A DNA stretch of 64,000 nt from the human T2T-CHM13v2.0 reference genome, Homo sapiens (GCF_009914755.1 NC_060926.1), one strand, 5' to 3'; shown: positions 14,450 to 27,505, counted from the first letter of the stretch. Notes: generated from the sequence alone by a model not told the origin. A program made the numbers and translations.

Positions 14450-14610
14450 GCTTTAAAAGTTTCCAAAGCACGTCCACATAGGGCATTATACTCAATTCTA
14501 ATCTTGTAAATCAAAGTTCCCATTTCACATAGGAGCAAGTTAAGGCTGAGAGGATGAATTGCCTGTCCAAGTGGACACGGCTGACTGTTAAGAGCTGGAA
14601 TTCAAATCCA
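14450..14610 (-). mobile_element. MIR SINE
   Basis: cccatttcacataggagcaagttaaggctgagagg...tgtccaagtggacacggct...agagctggaattcaaatcc. Confidence 0.65.
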
Positions 14611-14699
14611 CAGAAACCTCACATTCAATTAACCCTTCATTAACCAGAAAAGGCAAGTCATTTGCAGACTATACATAATCTGGTTATTTTGAGTGGTAG

Positions 14700-14997
14700 A
14701 GTGTATCTATTCATGGGTACTGTTCCCCATTTCCAAATGAAGTCTCAGTGGCTGGTCTCAAGAATGTTTTTCATAGCTCCTGGATCCAGATTAGCCAAGA
14801 GATAAGAATATTAACAAGAGTATAAAATCCACAGAATAAAGCCCCAACCTCTGGAAGACTAGATGACTAATGACTCATGCCCCAATTAACGGCCAAACCC
14901 TTGCCATTTACGGTCACGAGAGTGCCACATAACAAGCCACTGAGTTTTGGGGTGACTTGTTATGCAGCAATATTGTGGCCCTAGATAACTGATACAC
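14700..14997 (+). mobile_element. MLT1-type MaLR LTR remnant (3' end clear, 5' boundary uncertain)
   Basis: aagccactgagttttggggtgacttgttatgcagcaat...ataactgataca is a MaLR LTR terminus. Confidence 0.55.
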
Positions 14998-15769
14998 TCT
15001 GCTTCTGTTAGGCACACTACCGACTTGCCTTTGATCTCTGAACGTATCCCTCTTGCAAGGAGGAGTAATTTGTATGATTAAGTCATCTGTCTTTAGGAAA
15101 CTAAACCCTAACATGCTAAATGTAGCAAATCAATAAGGCCTCAGCATAATGTAGTATAAATAAATCTATTTCAAAAAGTAAAAAAACATATTTCTCTTTG
15201 ACTACAGCCCAGAATATAAATAAATAAAAATAATATATATATAGATATTTCTCTTTGACTATAGCCCTTTCACCCGATTTGGCTTTTTTTCCCTCCCTTC
15301 CCAATGCAACCACCAAGCAATCTGATAATCAAAAGGTGTTCACACATTTCTTGCGAAAATCAATTTCCAGGGTAATAAAGGGCATTGCCAGTATGATTAA
15401 AATAATTCTACCTCCGTGTCCCTGGTGGTTCATCCTCTAATACACTCTAATAGTAGAGATTCATATTTCCTGATTTTTCATGCCCTGAGGTGAAGAAGAG
15501 AGAGGCAGGATCACCTGGTCCTTATGTAGCTAGAAGAGACAACGTATCTATTCCAACAAAGGATTGTCGGCTTTACCTGACATAGTATTTTTCTAGGATT
15601 TTAAAAATTCCAAAAAGAAAGTAATACAAGCCACTTTATCATAAGAGAAAGAAATTATTATTTTTGCTGACCTCAAGACGTGTTGAATATCACTATTATA
15701 ACATAAGAAACAACAAACAAAACATCCACAACAACCTAGAAGAACGTAAAAGTTAAAAACAAACTAATA

Positions 15770-16084
15770 GCCAGGCCTGGTGGCTCATGCCTGTAATCCC
15801 AGCACTTTGGGAGGCCGAGGAGGGCAGATTACTTGAGGTCAGGAGTTCAAAACCAGCCTGGCCAACATGGTGAAACCCCATCTCTACAAAAATACAAAAA
15901 TTAGCTGGGCACGATCGTGGGTGCCTGTAATCCCAGCTACTCAGGAGGCTGAGGTGGGAGAGTTGCTTGGAGGCTGGAGAGTCGCTTGAATCCAGGAGGC
16001 GGAGGTTGCAGTGGGCAGAGATCATGCCATTGCACTCCAGCCTGAGCGACAGGGCCAAACTCTGTCTAAAAAAAAAAAAAAAAA
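15770..16084 (+). mobile_element. AluS with a small internal duplication
   Basis: Forward Alu dimer with A tail; TSD-like aaaaacaaactaat / aaaaacctactaat. Confidence 0.95.
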
Positions 16085-18004
16085 CCTACTAATTTTTCTT
16101 TCTGCAACTCCAAAGAAGCTACTGCATTTTGCCTTATCAAAATAAAGATACGCACTGCAAACAGAATTGGAACTGAGTGAGAAAATTTTTGATACTGTGA
16201 TAACTAAAATTATGAAAAAATAATAATTTAGCAAGTAAAATACCTAAATAATGTATCAGAAATATCACCAACATAGGAGAGCCTAATTAAAATAATATTG
16301 CAGATTGTGTGAGTTGGTAGAACTGGTTAGCTTTAAGAATTATCAGTGTGGGTTTTTGTTTCAACTTTCCAGGGAGATGTTGACAAGGCATTTGAGATTA
16401 CATACCTATGAATAATTCTCTTCTGAAAACTGTGATTGCAAAGATAATGGACACAGCATTCTACCTCCACATTCCTTAAAAGCCGGATAGGAGCAGAAGA
16501 TACGTAAAATCAGTATTCGATACATGTCAGAAATGGGACAATGATATTGTGCTGACTTAAATGTTTACAAAGGAATTAGAAAGCAATTAGAAATGCAAAG
16601 CCTTTCTTCCTCCAAGGCAGGATACAATTCATAAGGTCAATTGTGCTATGGTGAATGGCTGTGTCCCCCAGGTAGAGGAGAAGCCAGAATAAATATAATT
16701 TTCATGGCTTGCAAGGGGCTGCTTCTCCGTGGACACCCAAATACTAGAGAGTTACTTCTTAATCCTGCTCTATATTACATCATCCCAGGATGAATATGCA
16801 ATGAACTATTACTGGAAGTCTGCTCAGAAAAATCAATAAAAACACAACCAGCAGTTTTACTGACAGCTTTCAGTATGTTCTGTTTCTTTAATGGAAAATA
16901 CCACATTCTGAAAAGGAGAGAAGAGATGAGTTCACAGCAGGAACTTTCCAATGGTCTTCCTCTGTTTGTTTGTTTTGGTGTCTTGTCCTAGCTGTTGGTT
17001 TTCCAGCAGAGAAGGTACTCTGCAGCATGGATGCTGGTTACACCTAGAGTGGAGACACAGGATTCTCTTCCGGCTACATGAAGGTTCAAATGTGTGAACT
17101 GGTTATACCGTGAAGATGTCCATATGACAGCCGCCCCTGCTGGCATGCATCATATATTCTGTAACTCTCTCAGCAGTTCTCTTGAGTATATATTTTGAAA
17201 CTACAGCTCTTGGCCAGCATCTCATTTTTATTCAACCTCAGCGTCATTGCACTTTCAAAGAAACTTGATAAGAATGCTAAGTCAATAAATTTGCGTTTGA
17301 TCACATTCATTATGTTAATTAAATTGAGGGTAATAATTTGAAAAAAAAAAAAAAAAGTGAGTTCCATGAGGGCAAAGTCAGAATCTATTTTTTCCCTACC
17401 ACTGATTGTAACATGTCCTTGAGGTATATTTGTCAACCATGAAATATGCTTACAGAGAAAAAAAGCTCCAAAACCACATCTTAAAAGAGCTTCAGAAGTC
17501 CGTGGAAAGTGAGGCAGCCCAAAGAAAAGTGTGATAATACTTCAAAAAGGAGACAAATGTGAAATTACCTGTTAGGGGAAGAACACTAATGTGTTTCTTC
17601 AGTGTCAATATAAATTTTGTAAATATAAATTTGAAGTTATTTCGAGATTCTTGAACACAAAATAAAACAAACAAAATGAAAAATCCAAGCTAACTTAGAG
17701 ACAGAGTTATCCCTATCCTTGAATGTTTTCTATAGGACAAAATACAAAAAAACGAAATGGATGAGACATGAGGGAGTGGATGAGAAACAGAATAGAATTG
17801 ATGGAAATGGGCGTGTGTGTGGCTGAGTTAGTTAAAGTTGTACTATACATTTTTAAAGTAAAAGTGAGCACACAAAGTTAGGATTGGTAAATTATGTCCC
17901 ACACAGTGACTTGAATTCATGAAAAAAGAAAAACTAAAGCATCTTGACCAATATGAAACATCAGTATATCTTAGCTCTCACTCATGGCAATACATGAAAG
18001 CATC

Positions 18005-18215
18005 GCTGAATACCTATTATGTGCTAGGCACAAGGTTAGGTGTTTTCACATATAATCTCATGTGTATATGTCAGTGTCATTATCAACTCCATTAAACAGA
18101 GGAAAAAACTCAGTATCAGAAAAGCAAACTGACTTGTCCAGTTCCACAGTCTAAGGGATGCCACCATGGCTTGAACCCAAAATTTTCTGAATCTAATTTT
18201 AGTGTGCTTTCCACC
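18005..18215 (-). mobile_element. MIR SINE
   Basis: tatgtgctaggcac...ccattaaacagaggaaaaaactcag...tgacttgtcca...ttgaaccca. Confidence 0.65.
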
Positions 18216-18404
18216 CAGCTATGATACAGGAATTCAAAACTGTACACTAAATTAAATCAAATGGTCTCAGCTAGCAAGTTTACTGTGTAAGTGCTACGAT
18301 GTGTTTACTTCTCATGAGAATTCTAGCAAATATAATTTGATAAACCAATTGCAAAATCTGTTAAATGACATTTTTACCTCACCTTGCGACATCCCCCAAA
18401 AGTG

Positions 18405-18540
18405 AACATTCTTTCACTCAATATTTACAGAGCACAGACCATGTGCCAAGCATTATGCTAGGTGCTAGGGATATGACAAGGAACAGAGTGCCTGGTCATA
18501 TACAGCTTATGTGGAGGGGATGATGCAGAATTACAAACAA
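18405..18540 (-). mobile_element. L2 3' end, interrupted by the following L1
   Basis: cactcaatatttacagagcac...atgtgccaagcattatgctaggtgctagggata. Confidence 0.7.
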
Positions 18541-18585
18541 CACTTAGAATCAGTTTCTCAGGTCCTATTTTTTCCCACCAGTTGA

Positions 18586-21500
18586 CTTTTATTTATGTAT
18601 TTATATTTTATTTTTAATTGACAAATAATTGCATATATTTATGGGGTGCACAATGATGTTATGATATATATTTACATTCTGCAATGATGAAATCAAGCTT
18701 ATTCACAAAACCATCACCAGGCTACATATTTTTGGTGGTGAAAATATTTAAAGTCTACTTTTTTAGCCATTTTGAAATACACAGTGTATTATTTATTATA
18801 GTCACCATTCTGTGCAATAGATCACTAAAGCTTATTCTTCCTGTCTAACTAAAATGTGGTACCCTTTGATGAATGTCTCCCCATTCCCTATCTCCCTTCT
18901 CAAGCCTCTGGTAACTCCCATTCTACTCTACTTCCATGAGATCAACTCTTTTAGATTCTACATATGGATGACATCATGCAGTATTTGTCTTTCTGGGCCT
19001 AGCAATAAGCACTTCTCATAATGTTCTTCAGATTCACCCATGTTGCTGCAAATGACAGGACTGCCTTCCTCTTAAAGGCTGAATAGTATTCCATTGTGCA
19101 TATATACCACATTCTCTTTATCCATTCATCTGATGATGGACATGTAGGTTGGCTCCATATCTTGGCTATTGCGAATAATGCTGCAATGAACATGAGATCA
19201 CAGATCTCTTTCGCACCTTGATTCCAATTCCTCTGGTTCTATACCAAGAAGTGGGATTTCTGTATCATATGGTCATTCTAACATTAGCTTTCGGAGGCAC
19301 CTCTATACAGTTTTCCATAATAGCTGTATTAACTTATATTCCCACCAACAGTGCACAAGATTTCCCTTTTCTCCATACCCTCGCCAACACTTCTTACCAT
19401 CTGTCTTTTTTTAAAAATAGCCATTTTACCAGGTTATATTTCATTGTGGTTTTAATTTGCATTTCCCTGATGATTAGTGATGAGCGATTCTTCATATATC
19501 TGTTGGCCATTTGTATGTTTTCTTTTGAGAAATATCTATTTAAGTCACTTGTCCATTTTTTGATTAGATAATTTGTTTTCTTGTTATTGGGTTGTTTGAA
19601 TTCTTTATAAATTTTGGATTATAGCCTCTTATCCCACAAATGGTTTGCAAATATTTTCTCCCAGTCTGTGCATTGCCACTTCATTCTACTGATTGTTTAC
19701 CTTGCTGTGCAGAGGCCATATTGATGCAATCTTATTTATTTTTTGCTTTTATTACCTGTGCTTTTAGGGTCATATCCAAGAAATCTTTGCCCAGACAAAT
19801 GTCGTAGAACTTTGCCTTTATGTTTTCTTCTAGTAATTTTATAGTTTCAGGCCTTTCTCTTTAGTCTTTAATCCAAATTGAATTGATTTTTGTATATGAT
19901 GTGAGATAAGGGTCCAATTTCATTCTTCTGCATGTGGAGAACCAGTTTTCCCAACAGCATTTATTGAAAAGATTGCCTTTCTCCATTGCGTGCTCTTGGC
20001 ATCTTCATCAAAAAAAACAATTGACTATAAATTGGTGGGTAAATTTCTAGGATGTTTATTTTGTTCCATTAGCCAATGTATCTCTTTTTATGCTGGTACC
20101 ATGCTGTTTTGATTACTACAACTTTGTAATAGATTTTTAAGTCAGATAGTGTGATGCATCCAGTTTTGTTCTTTTTGCTCAAGATTGCTTTCGCTATTTG
20201 GGGTGTTTTATGGTTCCATATGAATTTTAGGATTATATTTTCTATTTCCTTGAAAAAAATGACATTAGAATTCTGACAGAAATTGTATTGACCCTGTAGA
20301 TCACTTTGGATAGTATGGAGATTTTAATAATATTAATAGTTCCAATCCATAAGCAAAAGAGAACTTTGCATTCATGTTGTCCACAATTTCTTTCATCAGT
20401 GTTTTATAGTTTTCAGCACACAGATCTTTCATCTCCTTGGTTAAATTTACTTCCGTTTTCTTGACACATATTGTGACTAGGATTGATTTCTTAATTTCTT
20501 TTTCAGACAGCTCACTATTAAAGAAACACTATTGATTTTTGTGTGCTATTTTTTATCCTGAAACTTTACTGAATTAATTTATCAGTTGTAACAGTTTTTT
20601 TTGGTGGAATTGTCAGGGTTTTATACATGTAAGATCATGTCATCAGCAAACAGAGGTAATTTCACTTCTTCCTTTCCTATTTCAATGTTTTTAATATATT
20701 TTTATCTAATTGTTCTAGCTACAACTTTCAATACTATGCTGAGTAAAAATGATAAGAGTGGCCATCATTGTTTTATTTCTGATTTTAGAGAAAAAGGTTT
20801 CATCTTTTCACTGTGGGGTATGATGTTAACTGTGGGCTTTTGTATACGGACTTTATTATGTGGAGGTACATTCCTTCTGTGGCTAATTTGCTGAGTTTGT
20901 ATCATAAAAAGATGTTGTTTTTTGTCAAATGGTTTTTCTGCATCTAAGAAGATGATCTTATGGCTTTTGTCCTTCATTTTGTTAATATGTTGTAAAACAT
21001 TTATTGATTTGTGTATGTTGAACCATCCTTGTAACCCAGGAATACAAGGGATAAATCCTGCTTGATCACGTTTAACAATCCTTTTAATGCACTGGTGAAT
21101 TCCACTTGCTAGTATTTTGTTGAGGATTTTTGCCTCTGTTTTCATTAGAGATACTGATCCATTATTTTCTATTCTTGTAGGTCTTGTGTGATTCTGGTGA
21201 TGATGATTACCAAAATCACACAAGGCCTACAAGAATAGAATGATGATTAATGTTGGCCTCATTAAATGAGTATGAAAGTATTCCTTCTTCAACTTTTTGG
21301 AGGAGGTTTAAAAATATTGGTATTAGTTCTTTAAATGTTTGGTAGAATTCAGCAGCAAAGTCGTCTGGCCCTGGGCTTTCCTTTGATAGGAAATTTATTT
21401 ATTACTGATTCAGTTTCCTTACCTGTTATTTGTCTGTTCAGATTTTCTTTTTCTTCTTGAATCAGTCTTGGCAGATTCTAGGAATGTATTCATTTCTTCT

Positions 21501-22520
21501 AGGTTATCCAATTTGTTGGCGAATAATTTGTTCATAGTAGTACTTTATGATCCTTTGTATTTCAGTGGTATTTGTTGCAACATCTCCTCTTTTGTTTCTG
21601 ATTTCATTTATTTGAGTATTCTCTCTTTTTTCTTAGTCTGGCTAAAGGTTTATTGATTTTGTTTACCTTTTCAAAGAACCAAACTTGTAGCTGCACTGAC
21701 CTTTTCTATTGTCTGTCTAATATCTATTACATTTATTTCTGCTCTTATCTTCATTATTTCCTTCCTTCTATTGACTTTGGGCTTAGTTTGTTCTTCTTTT
21801 TCTAGTTCCCTGAAGTATAATGTTAGATTGTTTATTTGAGATCATTTTTCTTTTTTGATGTAGGCATTTATTTCTATAAAACTTCCCTCTCAGAACTCTT
21901 TTGTTGCTTCCCACATGTTTTGGTATGTTGTGCTTCCAATTTCATTTGTCTCAAGATGTTTTTTCAATTTCTTGTTTAACTTCTTATTTGACTCACTGGT
22001 TACTGAGGAGCATGTTGTTTAATTTATTTGCATTTGGGAATTCTCCAAAATTCTTCCTGTTGTTGATTTCCAGTTTCATTCCATTATGGTCAGAACAGTT
22101 ACCTGATATAATTTTAATCTTCTGAAATTTATTGAAACTTGTTTTGTGGCCTAACATATGATCTATCCTGGAGACTATTTCATGTGTGCTAGAGAAGAAA
22201 GTGTAATCTGCTGCTGTTGAATGGAGTATTCTATATATATCTGTTAGGTCCATTTGATCTATAATGTTATTAAAATCCACTGTTTCCCTGTTGATTTTCT
22301 GTCTGGATGATCTATCCATTGCTGAAAGTAGAGTACTGAAGTCCCCTACTATTATTGTATTGCATTCTATAGCACCCTTTAGATCTATTAAAAATAACTT
22401 TATATACTTATATATGATTTGATGTTAGGTGCATATATATTTACAATTGTTATATATTCTTGGTGAATTGATCCATTTATCATAATATAATAACCTTCTT
22501 TGTCTCTTTTTACAGTTTTT
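18586..22520 (-). mobile_element. L1MA-type LINE-1, 5'-truncated, ~3.9 kb, disrupted ORF2
   Basis: L1MA-type 3' end (ttaattgacaaataattgcatatatttatgggg). ORF2 fragments in the track: 21993-22319 (endonuclease-like, MDLTDIYR...SRIDHMLGHK...SDHNGMKLEIN), 20765-21223 (RT-like, KILNKILA...QGWFNIHKSINV), 18999-19193 (C-terminal, MFIAALF...MWYICTMEYYSA). Multiple stops and frameshifts. Confidence 0.95.
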
Positions 22521-22524
22521 TTGT

Positions 22525-23100
22525 TAGGTCTTATGTTAGGGGAAGCAATGAGTGCCCAGGGCCTCAGAGAGCTCCAGACTCAGACTCAGGAGACCAGAGA
22601 ATCATCCTAGGGGAAAATATTCAAAGCTAAAGTCTAAAGAACTGAAAAGGGTGAGAGAAAATGTTGAGGCTGGAGAAGAAATATGAGTGTGTAAGTCACC
22701 TAATTGTTCAGCCATTCAAGTGTTTCAAGAAGGCAAATAACATGCACAGATCTTTTATTTTCAGGAAGATCCTTCTGAATGCAATAAGGTGAATGGATTG
22801 GGGAGATTGGAGGCAGCGAAGCAAGGTAAGAGGCTATTGCAGTAGTTACAGTGAAAGAGGATGATGGTACAAAATAGAGAGCCAGGAACAAAAGAAAGTG
22901 ATGGGAAGTAAAATTGAGCTGGTTCATGATTGACAGAATAGGCATGATCATGGTGGTGGGGATTTGACTGAGTGGGGGGTTGTGCCACTCACAGAAGAAA
23001 GAACAATTTAGGAAGAAAAATGATGAATTAAGTTTTGGATGAGATGAGTTTGTTTATCAGCCATGAAGTTTAGGGCACAGGGAAATGGTCTGAGCTGCAT
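22525..23100 (-). mobile_element. L2, continuation of the element split by the L1MA
   Basis: gagattggaggcagcgaagcaaggtaagaggctattgcagtagttacagtgaaagaggatgatggt is typical reverse L2. Confidence 0.65.
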
Positions 23101-24325
23101 AGACATTATTGTTTTTCAAGAAATGTTTTGAACAACAGTAAGCATTGAACTTTCTTTTGACTTCCTCAAAACATAAGTAATTGTCCCAAGAATTCATTAA
23201 ATTCATAAATTATCCAATTTTTGATAAAAAAATTGCCATATTCGAAAGTGAAAAAGCATATTTGTTTGTGTTTTTGAAGAGTCACACTGCAACTGCCCAC
23301 TACTGTAATGACTTAAAATTATTTAAACTGCAGCCATTTTCCCTTTGATGAAAAGAAGTCTGAGGAAGTCGTGGAACATGATCATACTGGAATCTTCTAA
23401 GCTAAAACCCTGGAGTAAAAGCATAATTAAGGAGAAATGAAACCTACTTGTCTCGGATGCTGATGCCAAAGAGAGCCCATAAATGTAGACTATATAAAGC
23501 CAGCATAATGGAAAATATGCTGGAGTCATGGAATGGTATGGCAATTCCTTCTAGCGAACAGATGGTGGCTATGAAAACTGTGAAATTTAATGAGCCTGGA
23601 GTAGCCTTTTAAGTGAGGCAGGCTCAAGAGAGTGATAACCAGATGCCAATCACTGGCCCCATATTGATACTTTGCTTCTTACTTTAACAGCTTGCACAGA
23701 TGAACAGCACATTCTCAAGGTGCTCGGCAAGAAAGACCTTGGCTGAATGGTAAGTATCCAGGACTTTCAGAAACTTTGCTTTCACTTTAAACTATTCATT
23801 TAAGTACCTGAAGGAAACTCTTCTTTTGACCGCCAGCCAAAATCCAGGATTCTATAGCTGCCTTCCTTTGAGAAATACTGTTAAGTTCTAGTCTAGTTTT
23901 TAGGTGGGGCAGGAAAAAAATTCCTTCTCCAAAGCAGAGTAGATATGACATACGTTATAAGCAATGCTAGTGACTATTTCTCCCACTGTTGTGACCAATT
24001 AGATCCTGCAGAAAGATTAAGTGAAAAGTAGAAACTGTTGGCTTCATTGTCTGCTGGAAGTATTTGCTGTCATATGGAATATTAATCTCATTTCTATTAT
24101 AAATTTTTAAATGCTTCTCACTTTACACTCTCACATCAAAGTAAAGTACAAATACACATGCACACACACAGAGACACACACATGCACATCAATTTTTAAA
24201 TGTAAAGAATTAAAACCATAAGGGAGCTTGTTCAAGGTTTATTGAGGTCATTATTTCCTCTTAAGAAAAGTTTTTTCATTGTATTGTTTTAAACTAAAGC
24301 TACAAATGGGTCTTTTGTGATTTAC

Positions 24326-24354
<29 letters not shown>
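24326..24354. repeat. Poly(A) tract
   Basis: About 29 consecutive A. Confidence 0.95.
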
Positions 24355-24356
<2 letters not shown>

Positions 24357-24819
24357 AACAGGTTGAAATTCAGAGATTTATGTAAGGCATGAACCTGCAT
24401 GATAAATGCAGCTAACTGCAGCTACCATCTTGACCACCACATAGTCTATTGCAACACATTTCCAAAGGTTCTACTCCAGTGGTCAAATGGATTCGCCAGT
24501 AGTGGATGAAAATAATTTGTATGCTTGACATTAAACTATTGATGTAAACATAGACCCCCAAGTAAAACATTTCATAAGCATGGAAATAGTATAATTTATA
24601 CTTCTTTATATAATCCAAGGAAAGCCAGGTGATTCACCAACAACCTTTCTACTTCTAACACAATTGCTGTTGAAAGGAAACATGAATACAAAACTATGTT
24701 TTAAGCCACACACAAAAAAAGGAAAAAAAGAAAAACAAAAAAACAACCAACCAACCAAACAGAACTAAATTGTCAAAATGAGCACAATAGGAGCCGGCAT
24801 ACGGTAGAATCCAGATTCT

Positions 24820-25075
24820 ATCCATTCATTTACCTAATGCTTAATCTACACCAGGCACTGTTCTAGGTGATGAAAGCACAAAAACTAAACAGTCCCTCTC
24901 TTCAAAGACCTCACAGTCTAGTCAGGAAGACAGATGACAGGCAATTCAATACAAATTGCCAAATATGTGACAAGAGGGGAGGTATTTCAGTGGGATTAGA
25001 GGAGTTGAAGGAAGCCACTCAGAGGAGGTAACACATGTGTTGAAATGTGAAGGATGTGCAGGAGCTAGCCAAGAA
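24820..25075 (-). mobile_element. L2 3' part
   Basis: ccattcatttacctaatgc...ccaggcactgttctaggtgatg...cctcacagtctagtcagg. Confidence 0.7.
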
Positions 25076-25574
25076 CTTAAAATAGCCAATTTTTGAAAAC
25101 CATTCTAACTTTTATATATGCAAAAACAGTCTCAAACACTGGGAATATAACAATAACTTCCATATCCTGGATGAAGTCAGAGGCACCGTGACTCCTTCAT
25201 TATGCTGAGTCGTTTTTACAAAGTGTGATGATACTTGGGCTGGATTTGAAAATACTCAGAATTTTCCACCCCTGATCCTCTGGTCCCTCAGAGACAGATA
25301 TTTGAAAGGAGCAAGTTTCTATTTTGAGGACATAGCATACGCGTGCTGAAGACTCCATTCTAGATATTAAGCTATAATCCCCCTCCATTAAGAAATCAAA
25401 TGGCTAAAGTTTCATCACAGCAAACCAGCAGGTAAATCACTGTGTTCATACCAAGTGTGATTTGGCCGATCCACTCATACGAGGTTCATTAACACCCACA
25501 ATCCTCTCTACAGGTTTCTTCTAACTCCATAGGAACAGATTATAACCAAATTTTTAAATATATGCCATCGTTAC

Positions 25575-25943
25575 TATCTTAGACTGTTCTCACACTGCTA
25601 TGAAAAAACACCCGAGACTGGGTAATTTGTAAAGGAAGAGGTTTAATTGATTCACAGTTCTGCAGGGCTAGGGAGGCCTCAGGAAACTTACAATCATGGC
25701 AGAAGGGGAAGCAAACACGTTCTTCTTCACATTGGGGCAGGAAGGAGAAGTGCCGAGCAAAAAGGGGAAAATCCCCTTACAAAACCATTAGCTCTCATAA
25801 GACCTCACTTACTATCATGAGAACAGCATGGGGGTAACTGCCCCCATGATTAAATTATCTCCACCTGGTCTTGCCCTTGACATGTAGGGGTTATCACAAC
25901 TCAAGGTGAGATTTGGGTGGGGACACAGGGCCAAACCATATTA
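25575..25943 (-). mobile_element. THE1 (C/D-like) MaLR solo LTR
   Basis: ttctcacactgctatga...gagactgggtaatttgtaaaggaagaggtttaattga...gagatttgggtggggacacagggccaaaccata is the reverse of the THE1 LTR. Confidence 0.92.
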
Positions 25944-27377
25944 CCCTTAAATAATTCAATTTCTTAGCATAAAATCATTACAAGAATGATAAGCTTATGA
26001 AAAGCCGGAAAGGATTATATATGATGTGTCAGGTACAGACAAGTAAGGGAGAGGATGGGGGGAATGTGAAGTTTATACTCAGTTTTCCTTCTTTTGTGAA
26101 ATTGAGGCCACTGACTTCCCTCCATTGCAGCTTGTACAATTCTCTTTACTCCCATAGCCCCACCAAAGGCCCTCAATGCCCATCCCCTGGAGGATGGCCA
26201 TGCTGTTCTAACTGGTCACTGATCTCCCTGCCTCCATCCATACTCCTCTGCCCTGCCCATTACCAATCCTCCATGAAGTCGCCAGTGAGAGAGCTCTAAC
26301 ATGCCTCCCCCGATAGGATAATGTCTATATTCCCCAGCATGGCAAATAAGACCTTCCTTAGCCCATCCATAGCCTGCATCCATCTCCCCTCCAAGATGTG
26401 ACCTCACACAAGAAGCTCTGTGGTGCTCTCCCACCTGCTGGGCCCCACGGTGCTCTGTCTTGTCATCTTGGCTTCTGGTCATGCTATTCCAGCTACTGGA
26501 GCAGCCTGGTGCATTCTGTGCAATGGGGGCAGGGCAAGGTCTCTCTATTCATCCTTTAGAGCAAAAGTCAGTTCCAAAGCTTTCCTTGAAGTCTCCAAGA
26601 GGTCTCCATTCTCTGTACTCATGTAACTTCCAGGGCTACAGTCTCCCTCTGTCTGCACTCAGTACATTCTATGGACAGTCTCTGTCTAGCTGCTTTTGTC
26701 TCACATTTGACTGGAAAACTTGGACACCAGGGTCTGGGCTTTGGTCAGCTGTGAAGCTGCCCACTGCAATGAGCTCCATGTAATGCACAATTGTAGAACC
26801 AAACTACCCATTGCCCTGGCATTGAGAAGGGAGCTGTGCTTGAGGGGAGTTCTGGGGAGGACTCAGTGTGGCTCAGGGTGGCCTGGTGTGTTGGGAAAGT
26901 CTCCACAGTGCCAGAAACTTGGTGGCTTTCAGGCTTGTCTTTAATGCTTGGCTCATGAGGTTTGTCTCTACCTCCCACTTTTATTTGTCAGGGTGTCACT
27001 TGGCAAAACCCAAAATGTCTTACAAAAGTAGACTGTCCGGGTGTAACGAATACTGCAGTTTGTCTTCAACAAAAAAAAAGGATTTCCTCTGGAAAACAAG
27101 CACACTTTACAAAAATTGACAAGTAATTCAATTAGGGTGTCAAGGTTCCTTTCCACTACGTCATTTTGTCAGTTACAGGTATTTGGATACAATGAGTACA
27201 TTCGTTGCCCTTCCATTTGTGGGGAAAGCTTAGTTGGAGAGCCTTCTGACTTCCTTGAGGTGAAAAGCGAGTTTGGGACTGAAGGCTGGGCTAGTCCACA
27301 TGTTGTCAGCATGGAGCGGATCAGAGCAGTTATGTTCCATGGACACAGGAAGCCGCCCGCAAGGGTATCCAATTTTC

Positions 27378-27505
27378 TCCTCACAACTGTGTATGTAAGA
27401 ATTGGTGTCTGTTTTGTAGATGAAGAGAAAGACACCCACAGAGGTTAAGTCACTTGCCCACAGAGGGTCCGCTATTTTTAGTAAAAACTGGCAATCCAAC
27501 CCAGG
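27378..27505 (-). mobile_element. MIR SINE
   Basis: ttttgtagatgaagagaaag...cacagaggttaagtcacttgccca. Confidence 0.7.

Noticed and set aside
14928-14964. 12-bp inverted repeat (cataacaagcca / tgacttgttatg)
   Set aside because: Too short for a functional hairpin claim, and inside an LTR remnant.
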